A stretch of DNA of 64,000 bases from Rhynchobatus australiae (lineage: Eukaryota). The stretch covers positions 20,932,864-20,996,863 of the forward strand of contig JAUZTB010000065.1 in NCBI GenBank assembly GCA_034780895.1, read 5' to 3'. Below the pieces are notes generated by a model, which was not told the DNA's origin, ran no database searches, and was given only the letters and a program-made list of their open reading frames with translations. Positions 38,996 to 51,168 of the stretch are shown here, in pieces. Each line of letters begins with the position of its first letter. Positions within the stretch are counted from its first letter, which is position 1. The translations under genes and the position numbers were made by a program.

Positions 38996-41082
38996 AAAAC
39001 GTCTGGAACTCAGTTCTTTGGCCCGTATTTTTACTGAGATTGTGATGGGTTTGGAGCCAATTGGTCCTGGTGAAAAGTAAACTGGATATTGGTGAATAGG
39101 TTATTGCTGAGTATTCGTCACTTGGTGGCACTGTCAATAGCAACTATCACTTTACAGATGATTGAGAGTAGACTGATTAGTTGTATGGATTAGATGTGTC
39201 TTTGTTCAATTTTATATCCTGATGACATTAGGATATCTGTAGCCTATCAAAACTACCTTCAAGCTGCTCTGTTATTGACTGGAATAATGTTTCATTATAC
39301 AATGTTGAACCATCTTAATTCTCCAGTTTGGGAACAACAATCATTTAATCCTTCCTTCCATCATAAGGTCATAAGGTAGAAGCTCACTCATAATCATGCA
39401 ATGTTCAATTCCATTCCATGAATCAGTCCATGTCTGCATACAGCTAGACCTAGACAACATTCATTCATGGGCTGACAAGNNNNNNNNNNNNNNNNNNNNN
39501 NNNNNNNNNNNNNNNNNNNNNNNNNNNNNNNNNNNNNNNNNNNNNNNNNNNNNNNNNNNNNNNNNNNNNNNNNNNNNNNNNNNNNNNNNNNNNNNNNNNN
39601 NNNNNNNNNNNNNNNNNNNNNNNNNNNNNNNNNNNNNNNNNNNNNNNNNNNNNNNNNNNNNNNNNNNNNNNNNNNNNNNNNNNNNNNNNNNNNNNNNNNN
39701 NNNNNNNNNNNNNNNNNNNNNNNNNNNNNNNNNNNNNNNNNNNNNNNNNNNNNNNNNNNNNNNNNNNNNNNNNNNNNNNNNNNNNNNNNNNNNNNNNNNN
39801 NNNNNNNNNNNNNNNNNNNNNNNNNNNNNNNNNNNNNNNNNNNNNNNNNNNNNNNNNNNNNNNNNNNNNNNNNNNNNNNNNNNNNNNNNNNNNNNNNNNN
39901 NNNNNNNNNNNNNNNNNNNNNNNNNNNNNNNNNNNNNNNNNNNNNNNNNNNNNNNNNNNNNNNNNNNNNNNNNNNNNNNNNNNNNNNNNNNNNNNNNNNN
40001 NNNNNNNNNNNNNNNNNNNNNNNNNNNNNNNNNNNNNNNNNNNNNNNNNNNNNNNNNNNNNNNNNNNNNNNNNNNNNNNNNNNNNNNNNNNNNNNNNNNN
40101 NNNNNNNNNNNNNNNNNNNNNNNNNNNNNNNNNNNNNNNNNNNNNNNNNNNNNNNNNNNNNNNNNNNNNNNNNNNNNNNNNNNNNNNNNNNNNNNNNNNN
40201 NNNNNNNNNNNNNNNNNNNNNNNNNNNNNNNNNNNNNNNNNNNNNNNNNNNNNNNNNNNNNNNNNNNNNNNNNNNNNNNNNNNNNNNNNNNNNNNNNNNN
40301 NNNNNNNNNNNNNNNNNNNNNNNNNNNNNNNNNNNNNNNNNNNNNNNNNNNNNNNNNNNNNNNNNNNNNNNNNNNNNNNNNNNNNNNNNNNNNNNNNNNN
40401 NNNNNNNNNNNNNNNNNNNNNNNNNNNNNNNNNNNNNNNNNNNNNNNNNNNNCCTTTCTCAAAACAACTTGTTGAAAGAAGTATCTGTTTGAAACAGAAT
40501 ATTACAAGGAAATAAACAACTTGCAAAATAATCTGACTTCTGATATTGTATTGATAATAATCTGACACACATGTAAAATTTCAATCATAGTCCCATGATA
40601 ATTTCCATGCCAAAAGCAGTACCCTATTCTTCATTGAATAAGCAATTTATTATTCATTTGTCAGTTTTGAAACTTCTAGTCACCTTAACATATTTGCAAA
40701 ATACACAGGGTAGAGCATGTCTTTTCTCTTACAGTCATATGTAACATGAAAGACAGTNNNNNNNNNNAACTGATCAGCTAGCAGAGTCCTGTTTATTTCA
40801 GTTCTATGTGGTGACTTGCAGGTGCAGCCACAGAAATATGTTATGATTGGCACTTACTGGATTTCTGACTGCACGATAAGCACTCTCCCATGCCAGCCAT
40901 ATTTTGATCCTGAAATTGCAATGTGTACTTAACTTGTTTCTAATTTAACAGAGGCATTAATCAGTTGCAAATCTTAATATAAGAATGCTTACATGTCTGC
41001 AGTTTTAACAGAGGTTTTAACCCATTGCAACTTCTTAACTTGGGGACAAAATGATTTTCATGAACACATTCATTATTTTGAA

Positions 41083-42450
41083 CTAAGAACATATGAAATA
41101 GGAGTAGACCGTCTGGCTCTTCAGGTCTCCTCCATCATTTGGGTGACAAAATAGCACAATAGTCAACACCAGTACCTCATAGTTCTAGGGGCGTGGGTTC
41201 GATTTTGACCATGGGTGCTGCCTGTGTAGAATTTCCACATTCACCCTCTGACCACATGGGTTTCCATTGGGTGCTCTGGTGTTGTCCCACATTTCAAAAA
41301 CATGTTGTGAACTTAAATGGTCATTGTAACTGACTCCTCGTGTAGGTAAATGGTAAAAGGATCTAAGGGGAGTTGATAGGCAAGTGAAAGAGAATAACTT
41401 GCAAGGCTGCAGGGGAAATAAGAGGTGGGGAATAGGACAGATCTTTTACATCAGAAACAGTTTCCAGTCCTATCCCCATATCCCTGTATTCTTTTTATAT
41501 TCAGAAATCTATCATTTACCTAGAATGAACACAAGGGCTGAGCCTCTACAGCCATCTGCTGTCGAGAATTCCAAATACTCAGCACCCTGTGAGTGAAGAT
41601 AGGCTGTCTAGGTCTAAGACAAGGAAAACTATCTCTTATTCTGAAACTGTAATACCTCATTCCAGACTCTTCAGCCCAGGGAAACATCTTCCCTGCATCC
41701 AGCCTATAAAGCCCTCTAGGAAATTTGTAGGCTTCAATGGAATCGTGTCCTTTCTTCTGAACTGTAGAGAATTCAAGCCTTGTCTGCTCAGTCTCTCCTC
41801 ACATGGCAAGACTGCCATCCCTGGAACCAGGTGAGTGAATCTTCACTGCAGTCCCTCTATGACAAGTACATCCTTTCTTAGGCAGGGAGACCAAAACTGT
41901 GTACAATACTCCAAGTGTTGCCGCATCAAGGCTCTGTTCAATAACAGTAGGACCCCCTTCCTTCCATTTTCAAATGTTCTTGTAATAAAGGCTAAAATAT
42001 CATTTGCCTTCCTATTTGCTTGTTGAAGCATGTTGGCTTTCACTGATTTGTGTGCAAGCACACTGGTCCTTTGAAGAACAACACCACCCAATCATTCACC
42101 ATTCAAAAAGATACGCTTTTTCTACTTCGTGCATCAAAGTGGATGACCTCATACTTTTGCATGTTATGTTCTATCTAACATGTTGTCACTCATTGGCCCA
42201 CCCCTGCTTATATCCCCTTGAATCTTCTTTACATCCTCCTTCCTACTCACAAACCAACCGAGTTCACTAACATCATCAAATTTAGAAATATGGCGTCCGG
42301 TTCCCCTCAGCCAAACTCAGCCAAACATTATAAGATCATCTAGCTGAACAGAAACACCGATCCTTGTAGTACCCCACTGGTCATAGAATGCCAACCTGAG
42401 AGGGATCGGTATATTCCCACACTTTGCTTTTAGTCAAATAACCAGTTCTC
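41083..42450 (-). mobile_element. CR1 LINE fragment with a + strand V-SINE nested at about 41140-41440
   Basis: ORF 41843..42091 has QQANRKANDILAFITRTFE...LMRQHLEYCTQFWSPCLRKDV (CR1). SINE head gggttcgattttgacc at about 41195. Confidence 0.8.
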
Positions 42451-43869
42451 AACCAACTGTTGTGTAACATAGTTCAATGACCTTGAGCAGGTGGGTAGGG
42501 TGGACAGTGGTGGGTGGAGGAGTGGGGGAGGGAATTGGGTAACTTCCGTAATGCATTTGGCATGGAACTGTGGTTCCCTTTTGNNNNNNNNNNNNNNNNN
42601 NNNNNNNNNNNNNNNNNNNNNNNNNNNNNNNNNNNNNAACATCATCACCATAGTGAACCAGAATTAATGACTTATAAGGGAATGGTACAATATAGATGTG
42701 GGGGCAGGGGAGGGGAATGATAGGCAGAAATAAGTTTACAGCAGCCCAAAATGTAGATATAGAACCAAGATTTGCATTCATGATCCACACAGTGAAAATT
42801 AATAAAATGCATTGATTCCAAAACACAAAAGACTAGTGGTTAATCGTGCCATCATTTTCATACTCCATCCATTGATTTCTTAAAATTGCATCAAGGTCTT
42901 GCAACAGTTGGAACCTTGAAGTGGACTCTATTCTGGGGAGCCCAAACAAAGGCTCCAATGAGAAGGGGTAGCTGCCATGGATGTGAGAACAAAGGTGCAT
43001 TGCCCTTTCTTAGGACATGACAATCGGATGCCATCTTTGCAAAGGTCATGATACTTGTCTACCTTCTTTTTGTGGTGGAATGCCTTCCATGTGTCAAGAT
43101 TAAGTGATCCGCAGTGGATGACTTTAGTGACTGAGCTCATTATAAGATCATCTAGACATGTAATTTTGCAGGTTATTTTCAGTAGGGAATTACAAAAATT
43201 TCACGATGATCCAAATGTAAATTATGCTCTGTAAAATACAATCTCATAACAGCATTTCCCCTCCACATTTATATCTGCAAAAAGAAATTGTTGAGTTATC
43301 TGTCTAATATGTGAGCCTGATAACCCCTGTCCTTCCCAGAGTAGTGTTAATGCCACCAAAGGCATTATTGCTCAACCATCCAGTCTCGTCATGAAATCAG
43401 CTTATTCAAAATCATTAGATTCTGACACCTAATCTGGTAACCCTCTTATGTCAATGTATTTAAATAGTTTGCAGTAAACCAGTGCAGCAGCAATTTGAAG
43501 TATCTGTAGCAGGCCTTTCATTTCAACAAAAAATACTGTTACTGTGGAAACAGAAAGGGACTTAATAAACAAGATTAGCTGTAACAGCTTGCTTTCATGA
43601 TGCAGTTGTTGCTTCTTCTATTGTGCATAAAGCTTTAATTATGAGTGTCAGAATCAGCATTGTTTTAAAAATATTGTTTAATGATGATATCTTGTCATTT
43701 GTTTAAAGATTTANNNNNNNNNNNNNNNNNNNNNNNNNNNNNNNNNNNNNNNNNNNNNNNNNNNNNNNNNNNNNNNNNNNNNNNNNNNNNNNNNNNNNNN
43801 NNNNNNNNNNNNNTTTATATCTGCAAAAAGAATTTATGGCTTAGAGTTCACTTGTTCTGAAGTTCTATC

Positions 43870-44570
43870 CTAGAGTCATATAGTTATGCAGTTATACAGT
43901 CAAAAAGCAGAGGAACAGACCTGTTAGTCCACTGTGTGCATACCGACCACCAAGAGTCAATCTATATTAACCCCATTCTCCAGCCCTTGTCCATGTATAC
44001 TCAGGTGTTCATCTACATACTTCTTAAATGGTGTGAATATACCTGTATCCACTACCTCCTCTAGCAATACAACTTTCTGGATGAAAAAAATTCTTCTTCA
44101 AACCCTCTCTACATCTTCCACTGCTTATCTTAAACCTATCCCTTCTGGTTATAGACACCTGTGCTCAGCCTCTCATAGATGAAGCACATCGTTCCAGGCA
44201 TCATCCTGGTAAATGTCCTCTGCACTGGTTCCAGTGCAATCACATCTTTCCTATAGTGCAGCAACTACAACTGCACACAATACCCCAGAGGTGATTCAAC
44301 AAATATTTTATATAGTTGTACCATAACCTCCCTGTTTTGATATCTATATTAGCCCTGGCTAATGAATGCAAGTATCCCATACATCTTCTTAAACTCTACT
44401 GCTGTCTTCAATGACATGCACACCAAAGGGTTCTGTTCCTCAGTATTTACTGGTATCCCATTCTGTTCATTCTAATCTTATTCATCCTCCCAAAATGCAG
44501 CACCTCGCATTTGTCAGGATTAAATTCCATCTGACATTTCTCTGCATATCTTATCAACTGATCAATATTG
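43870..44570 (-). mobile_element. CR1 LINE 3' fragment, internally deleted
   Basis: Minus strand has QMEFNPDKCEVLHFG and LGYCVQL..LHYRKDVIALE.VQR.FTRMMPG motifs. Confidence 0.75.
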
Positions 44571-47021
44571 TTCCAGCGTTACAATGTTTGACGAAAAGTA
44601 AATGAAGCTTACATAATGAATCAAAGAATTTTTAACCCGGCAAAGTTAAAATTAATTTATGAAATGGAATAGAAGAGCCAAATTGTTACAGATGATTAAC
44701 CAACATGAAGGGCAGATTCTTAATCCCTTTGTTCTTTGGTCCTCCCTGAATTCTGAATCATAAATCCTTAAATCACTTGACAGATGCATGAACAGATGAA
44801 TATTGTGGTGGTTGTGATATAAAAACCTTAAGTTTTCCAATGGTATTGTTACCAACCAATGACACCAGGGAGAGCTGTCATTGCATTGTTCAGACATGAC
44901 AACATCCAGAACTGTATAGACAGATGGGATGGGCATGAAGACAATGAATCATTTCAGAATGCATTACATGCCACCGGATATAACCACTGCCTTTGTCAGT
45001 GATTTTGCTGAACATTGTTTTAAATTTTCTTATTTGTCAATTTTTTTCCCTCTCCTCACCTGGAGGCAGTGCTGAAATATGAGTCACTGAACCTGAACAG
45101 ATTTTCAATATCTTACCTGTATTAGCTGTGTCATTTGCATTTATACAGTACCTCCAAAGGGAGATAGAGTTGATCACTTAGTTTGAGCTGGGAAATGCTG
45201 AAGGAAGGTACAATTAAATATGTTAATCATGTGGGATCAGGGTGCACTTCTGGAGCTCTGGGAAATACAGCACGTCGGAATGTTTCAGGGGGAAAATTAC
45301 AAAGAACAGGTAAGTGATGACTACAAGGGAAAGAATGGGAGGTGCGGCAGGAACATGCAGTCACTTGTACTAGAGATTGAGTAAAGCATAGAGCTAGAAG
45401 AGTTTGGAGGGGAAGGGAGTGGAGGAAACTTTTGTAATCAATAGGCTGATGAACTAGAATGTCATTGAGGACTGGGGACAACAGATGAGCAGAACTTAGG
45501 TCAGGATAGGATGCAAGTCCAGAGTTGCAATTTCTGTTGATGAGACCTCATAAAGTAATAAGTGTCAGAAGATTATTCCATTTTTGGAGACACAATGTCA
45601 AGCCAGCATTTGTCTTCATTCTATGCATATTTATTAAAGTAATATTCACTANNNNNNNNNNNNNNNNNNNNNNNNNNNNNNNNNNNNNNNNNNNNNNNNN
45701 NNNNNNNNNNNNNNNNNNNNNNNNNNNNNNNNNNNNNNNNNNNNNNNNNNNTGCATATTTATTAAATTAATATTCACTAATTAACTGTTTTCTTAACTAA
45801 TTAACTGATAACTAATTCATTATCAAGACAAATTATTTTGTCTGCCATAATTTCCTTGGATGGGTTCAAATAAAGCAACATGGACAAAAGCTCAAACCTA
45901 CAATTGAACTCAAAACTGGCAATATTCAGGAGTTCATTAGGGAATTAGTTTCAAACTTCATAAAAGGTGCATGCACTTTAATAGAAGTGCAACATTTGAC
46001 AAAAGATGGTTTTTGAAACAGTTTTTCATTTGTTGATTAAAAAGTATTCTTCAAGAGTCTCAGAAGTAGCTTTGGGAACTCTAATTTGTGTAAAGTCCTC
46101 CAGCTAAGATTTTAGAACACCACAACTTGGAGTTACATTGCATCCTTGTTGTGGAAACATGTCTCAATTTGCCTCATAGTGGTAACTTCAACAGAAGAAT
46201 TGTCATTATGTTGTTAGGAAACATAACAAGAAGTTTGGAGAAGCTTGGTTTGCTCTGTGGATTTATAGAGATGGAAGATTTTAAAGGAGAGTTGAGAGAA
46301 GTGGAATAAGGTGAGGTTTTAAAAGGAGAAGTAGGTGTTGGAGATATAGGGAAGTTGAGACTTGGAATTGACAGCACAGCATTGGCTGGTGGAAGCAATT
46401 GTCAGACTGGTGAGCCTGCAGTAAGACCCCCAGTCAAATTGAGAAGTCAATGGAAACATTAGCAATTAAATTATGGATGGGAAGCCCCTTGTTCATGAGG
46501 CTATAGACATTCTACAGGGAAATACAGAGAAAAACATTGATTATCCATATACTTGCTTATACCAGGATACAGGCGGTGACTGAGGTGAGCAGGACAGAAG
46601 AGGTTAATGAGAATTCCCCTGGATAGGGCTGTGTTAAATGGAACCTTATTGAGAGAAGGATTGGGCAGTTCACAAAGAGACAGCAATTAATGGATCAAAA
46701 TGCTCCCTGAAAGTATTCAGACTCAACCCTGTAAGGTTTAAGTTTGGTACAGTAATGGAGAGAAAGAAGTCAAAGGAGTTGTGTTGGTTTAGAGAGGATA
46801 AAATGCTGCAGAAGAAATCAGTTGTGGCACATCTGGATTCAAGACAGACAGAAAGAAAGAAAGAGAGAAAAGCCCAAGCAAAAAACAAAAGTGTTCCAGA
46901 ATTGGCAAAATAATTTGGCACATATTGTACTTGCTTCTGTAATATAATCCTCACTTCATATGGAATTCTAGATTGGAATGCCAGTGTTCCTTTGCTCATA
47001 ACACTGATTTTGTATTTATAG

Positions 47022-47146
47022 GGTCGGACAGTCCTCAATCAATGATGAAAGATCGGTGTTGTTCGGTCATTTTACGTAAGCAAATGCTCGAAGAATCACT
47101 TGAGGCCTGTTTGAATGAACTGAAAAAACTGTGTTTACGTGAATCC
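47022..47146 (+). CDS. INAVA: INAVA coding exon 2 (GSDSPQSMMKDRCCSVILRKQMLEESLEACLNELKKLCLRES), start of the CUPID/DUF3338 coiled coil
   Basis: Acceptor tttatAG at 47020-47021, donor gtgagt at 47147. 125 nt completes phase 1. LEACLNELKKLCLRE matches the INAVA/FRMD4/CCDC120 motif LEACLEELRRLCLREAELTG. Confidence 0.93.
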
Positions 47147-47463
47147 GTGAGTATTAGTAAAGGAACCCCAGTGGGTTTTAATCTCCAGATTTAACAATGA
47201 TAAATAATGTTACAACTGGTAACAGCACCTTTCTCATATTAATGAATTATGTTATGCAATAAGTATTATAAAAGTAAGCTGTACAGCATATTACTGAACA
47301 GAACATTCATCTCAGTTATGTTATTATTTAAAGACAAGAATGCATTTTATTGCACATTTTGATTGAGGACATTTTATATTCAAGGTTTATTAATGATACA
47401 AATACTGGCAGTCATTATCAGCATAACTTCATCGAAATATGTTTCATTGTGTTTTATCTTTAG

Positions 47464-47586
47464 GAGTTGACAGGATATTTGCCGAAAGAGTATCCTTTAG
47501 CTGAAGGAGAAGAGCCACCCACTGTCCGCCGACGTGTTGGAACAGCCTTTCAGCTGGATGAACTGACAATTACTCCCAAAGGAGAG
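47464..47586 (+). CDS. INAVA: INAVA coding exon 3 (ELTGYLPKEYPLAEGEEPPTVRRRVGTAFQLDELTITPKGE)
   Basis: Acceptor tctttAG at 47462-47463, donor gtagat at 47587. 123 nt, phase 0-0. Contains the CUPID core ELTGxLPxEYPL..GE..P.VRRR.G.AF.LD. Confidence 0.95.
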
Positions 47587-49242
47587 GTAGATTGCATTCT
47601 ACTTTAAATTAACAGCTGTGTCTCAAAAAGACTGCATTGGATTAAACGCTATATTCTTGTGAAAAACTGTGGAATGGGTCAGATTTTAAAAAAATGTTCT
47701 CCTATGCTTTAATACCAATGCCAATGCTGCTTTTGGAGTACAAATGGTCTTCATAAACTGGCCTAGCTTGTTTGAGAAATGATTTCTATGTCATGGCTTT
47801 GTTGAAGCATGAGGAAGCATGATGAATACTAACTTTACACAATGATCAAATCTGGAAACTCACAAATGTTTGAATTCAAACATTTTTCTTTAACTTTATT
47901 TAAAGCATATTGATGCAATGTTTGTGCAAAAGCAGGAAAATAATCCCACTTAGCCAGTTAAATGCAGAGCTCTGCTATGCAAGTCTATCAAACTTAGAGG
48001 TCCAGAGCTTGTTGACGGCTTTGAAAGAACAAGTCCTGTACTAGCTTAGAAGACAAAGGGAAAGGTAAATTCCTTGTTAAATTTATTTTGTGCTTCTTTA
48101 ATGTTTTTAATTATTTTTAATTATTTATAAGCACTTTAGGTATTTCTAGTGAAGTCTGTTTACATTTTTAAAAAGCCAATAATTTTCTAATTATTATTAA
48201 ATATCTCTGAAGGTCAGAGAGATTTATAAACCATTGAATGGCTTCACATCTTTTACAAATGGCAAAGATGGTGGCAGGGCTTTGTTAGCTGTTGAGGATC
48301 TAAAGGTAGTTTTGAGGCCACGGACTCCTCAGGGCACAACTGCTGCTGCTCAGATCCTGCTGTAATTTTGTCCCATTGTACATGGACTACGTAAATATGG
48401 ACTGCAGGTGGTGATTCTGGGCAGGCTTCAGGTGGCACTTCTGGGTATTGGAAATGGGTAAGTAGGTTCTGACCAACTGTGTTCTGGAAGATATTTGTAA
48501 TAAATTCCCATTTGACTTCTACAGCCTAACTTAAGGCACAAAATCTTGGTCAACAAATTTGGATCTTATGTCTGATTCATATAAAGTCACGATCCCAATG
48601 AATTACATTGACCTAATGAGAATATGTACAGTTACAATTCAATAATATCTTTCTTTTGGTTTTGTTTATCTTTAATTTTAAGTTGTGTGGAAAAGAAAGT
48701 AGTTCATATTCGTAGGTTTAGCCCTCGTTCACAGAAAAGTACATTGTTGGACACAAAATACATCAGGTTTTCCAACACAGTTCAGAAACATGGTGAGGCT
48801 AAGATGGAGTTTGGGGGAATGGCAGAAGATTCCAATTATTTATTAACATGTTATACCTAATATTGTAATGCTCACCTGCATTTTCATTCTCATTTTGATT
48901 GTTCTGAAGCCAAATTCCTATTTAAACTTGTAGCTTTTGCAGATGGCTTGACCTTTTAATACCAAATGTCAGATTATTAGAAACCCAGAACACAGCTTAG
49001 TTGGAGAAAACACCAAACAATGCTTCAGGTGTTCAATGCTTATAACCCCATGCCCACACTGTTACAAAGACTAGGATATAATCACAAAATATTTTTCACC
49101 TGGAAGAAGTGTTTGGGTCCCTGAATAGTGTGAAAGAAAGAGGTAAAAGGGCAGTTTTTCACCTGACTAGAGCATGTGGATTTTTCATGTGGAAATAGTA
49201 TTCAGGCTGTAGTTCATTTTAATTTTGCCTATTACTTGCTAG

Positions 49243-49468
49243 GACTCTGAACTTGACTGTCTGGAGCGAGACTTTGCCTTACAATTACAGTTTGTGGAGG
49301 CAGCCAAACGCCTTTCTCAAGAAGGAAATTTAAGCAGGCATATAAGAAAACAAAGAAAACATGCCTATAAAAAAGAGCAAAAGAAACTGAACGAAATCAA
49401 AAATACTATAAATGAACTTAAAGCTATAACTGGTGGAAGAACAGCACAGACAAGTAATGTGGTTGAAG
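49243..49468 (+). CDS. INAVA: INAVA coding exon 4 (DSELDCLERDFALQLQFVEAAKRLSQEGNLSRHIRKQRKHAYKKEQKKLNEIKNTINELKAITGGRTAQTSNVVE)
   Basis: Acceptor ttgctAG at 49241-49242, donor gtatgt at 49469. 226 nt open frame, overlapping ORF 49294..49485. Matches recalled human LERQLALQLQITEAARRL..EENLSRQARRQRKH. Confidence 0.93.
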
Positions 49469-51009
49469 GTATGTTACGATTTTAACTTGATTCTAATATA
49501 AATATGTACATGTTACTTGTCACCACAAATCTTATGAAATGTTTTCCTTCAGACCAGCAGAACAGCTTTTTCCTCAGGCAATGGTAATACGAGCTAGTTT
49601 GTGGTAAATGGCAGGGGATGTCCAAAGCTTTCTTTGGATAAACTTTGTGCAGGAAACATGAAATCAGCTAGTATTTGTAACTATATCAAAAAAGTTAATG
49701 TTCATGCACATCATATTATCCATCTGACTGCTTGGATTCAAAGGTTAAGAATTGGAATGCATGTGCTTTCTTCTGTTGTGAAGCAACAGATTCTGTGAGA
49801 CAATGATTTTACCAACTGGAAATGCAGTTTGATTTCAGTTTTTCCCTTTAAGTCTTTGAACTTAGCATGGGATTTAGTTCAATAAGCACTAGTATCTCCC
49901 TGGTACCTCACCCATAAAGCCATGAAAGTCAAACTCAATGGCATCATAATTGTGTACCAACAGGAGAAATCATAACCAGGGTTGATATGATGATTAATAT
50001 AACAATTAACAAATTGGTCTTATTTCTGCCAGTTATTACTCTTGAATATATTGCTAGCTATTAACTTACAGCTTAGTTTGCAATGGACTTGTAAAGGAAA
50101 AACATCTCAATAGAGATACAAGGCAATATCAATGAATCCTAGAGATCAGAAGTAAAACAAAATGGGAGTTAATGTTTCAGATTAGAGCTGCTTCCAGTCA
50201 TAGTCTGCTGTATATATGCAGGTGTCAAGGTAGTCTTTGTGTCCAATGTTTTTTTTGTTTGCTAGATTATCAACTTATCAACTTTATTATATGCTTAGCT
50301 GAAATCTACATTGTTCATTGTGTTCAGGATGACTCGTGTACAAATGAAGAGAATTGAACTTGTCTGTACACATATGTGGACAGGCAGGTCCTAATTGCTT
50401 CATTTTGAATTCATTTAGGATGTAGGATCATGTTTTGTAGACAGGGAGGTCTCAGTAAAGCAACTGACTAACATAACCACATTTTTATTATTCATGTGGC
50501 TGACAATACTTATAAATATTTGTTTAGTGACGTATTTGGTGATTCATGATTCTCAAAGTCTGGCCTTGTACCATAATTCTGAAAAGGGCCCAATTAATGG
50601 GAACATCACACTTATAAAGGAAATGTTGGGTGTAGATGAGTTTCAGGAAATCGCACTGGGAAAGTGTGAAGAAAGGAATTCTTTGTCTGTCTTCACACTT
50701 TCCAGCAGTCCAAGTTATTGCTGTGGGCCCAAGAAAGATAACTGTCTCTCCTGGCCCAATCCTTATTAGNNNNNNNNNNNNNNNNNNNNNNNNNNNNNNN
50801 NNNNNNNNNNNNNNNNNNNNNNNNNNNNNNNNNNNNNNNNNNNNNNNNNNNNNNNNNNNNNNNNNNNNNNNNNNNNNNNNNNNNNNNNNNNNNNNNNNNN
50901 NNNNNNNNNNNNNNNNNNNNNNNNNNNNNNNNNNNNNNNNNNNNGATTTATTGTCCCCAGATCCCCTCCCCTTTACCACCCTCCCCCCCCCCCCCACAAG
51001 ATTTAATTG

Positions 51010-51168
51010 ACCTACCTCTTTGGGATGTTGAAGGAAGCCAGAGCACCCTGAGTCACATAGGGAGAGTGTGCCAACTCCACATAGATAGCACCTGAGGTCG
51101 GAGTTGAACCAGGGTCACTCAAACAGTAAAGCAGCAGCACTACTCGCTGTGCCACTGTGCCACCCCGC
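51010..51168 (-). mobile_element. tRNA-derived V-SINE head
   Basis: Reverse complement ggcacagtggcacagcgagtagtgctgctgc...gtgaccctggttcaactccgacctcaggtgctatctatgtggagttggcac. Confidence 0.75.

Noticed and set aside
47022-49468. Calling the gene FRMD4A/B or CCDC120, which share the CUPID domain
   Set aside because: No FERM-domain exons were found upstream, there is an in-frame stop before the ATG, and MESKDEVSD, ELSASDDSSL and PPQTLEGL match recalled INAVA specifically.
50328-50387. Possible extra exon after tgttcAG (gatgactcgtgtacaaatgaagag...)
   Set aside because: In the required phase 1 it gives GGA TGA, an immediate stop. Exon 4 joins exon 5 cleanly without it.
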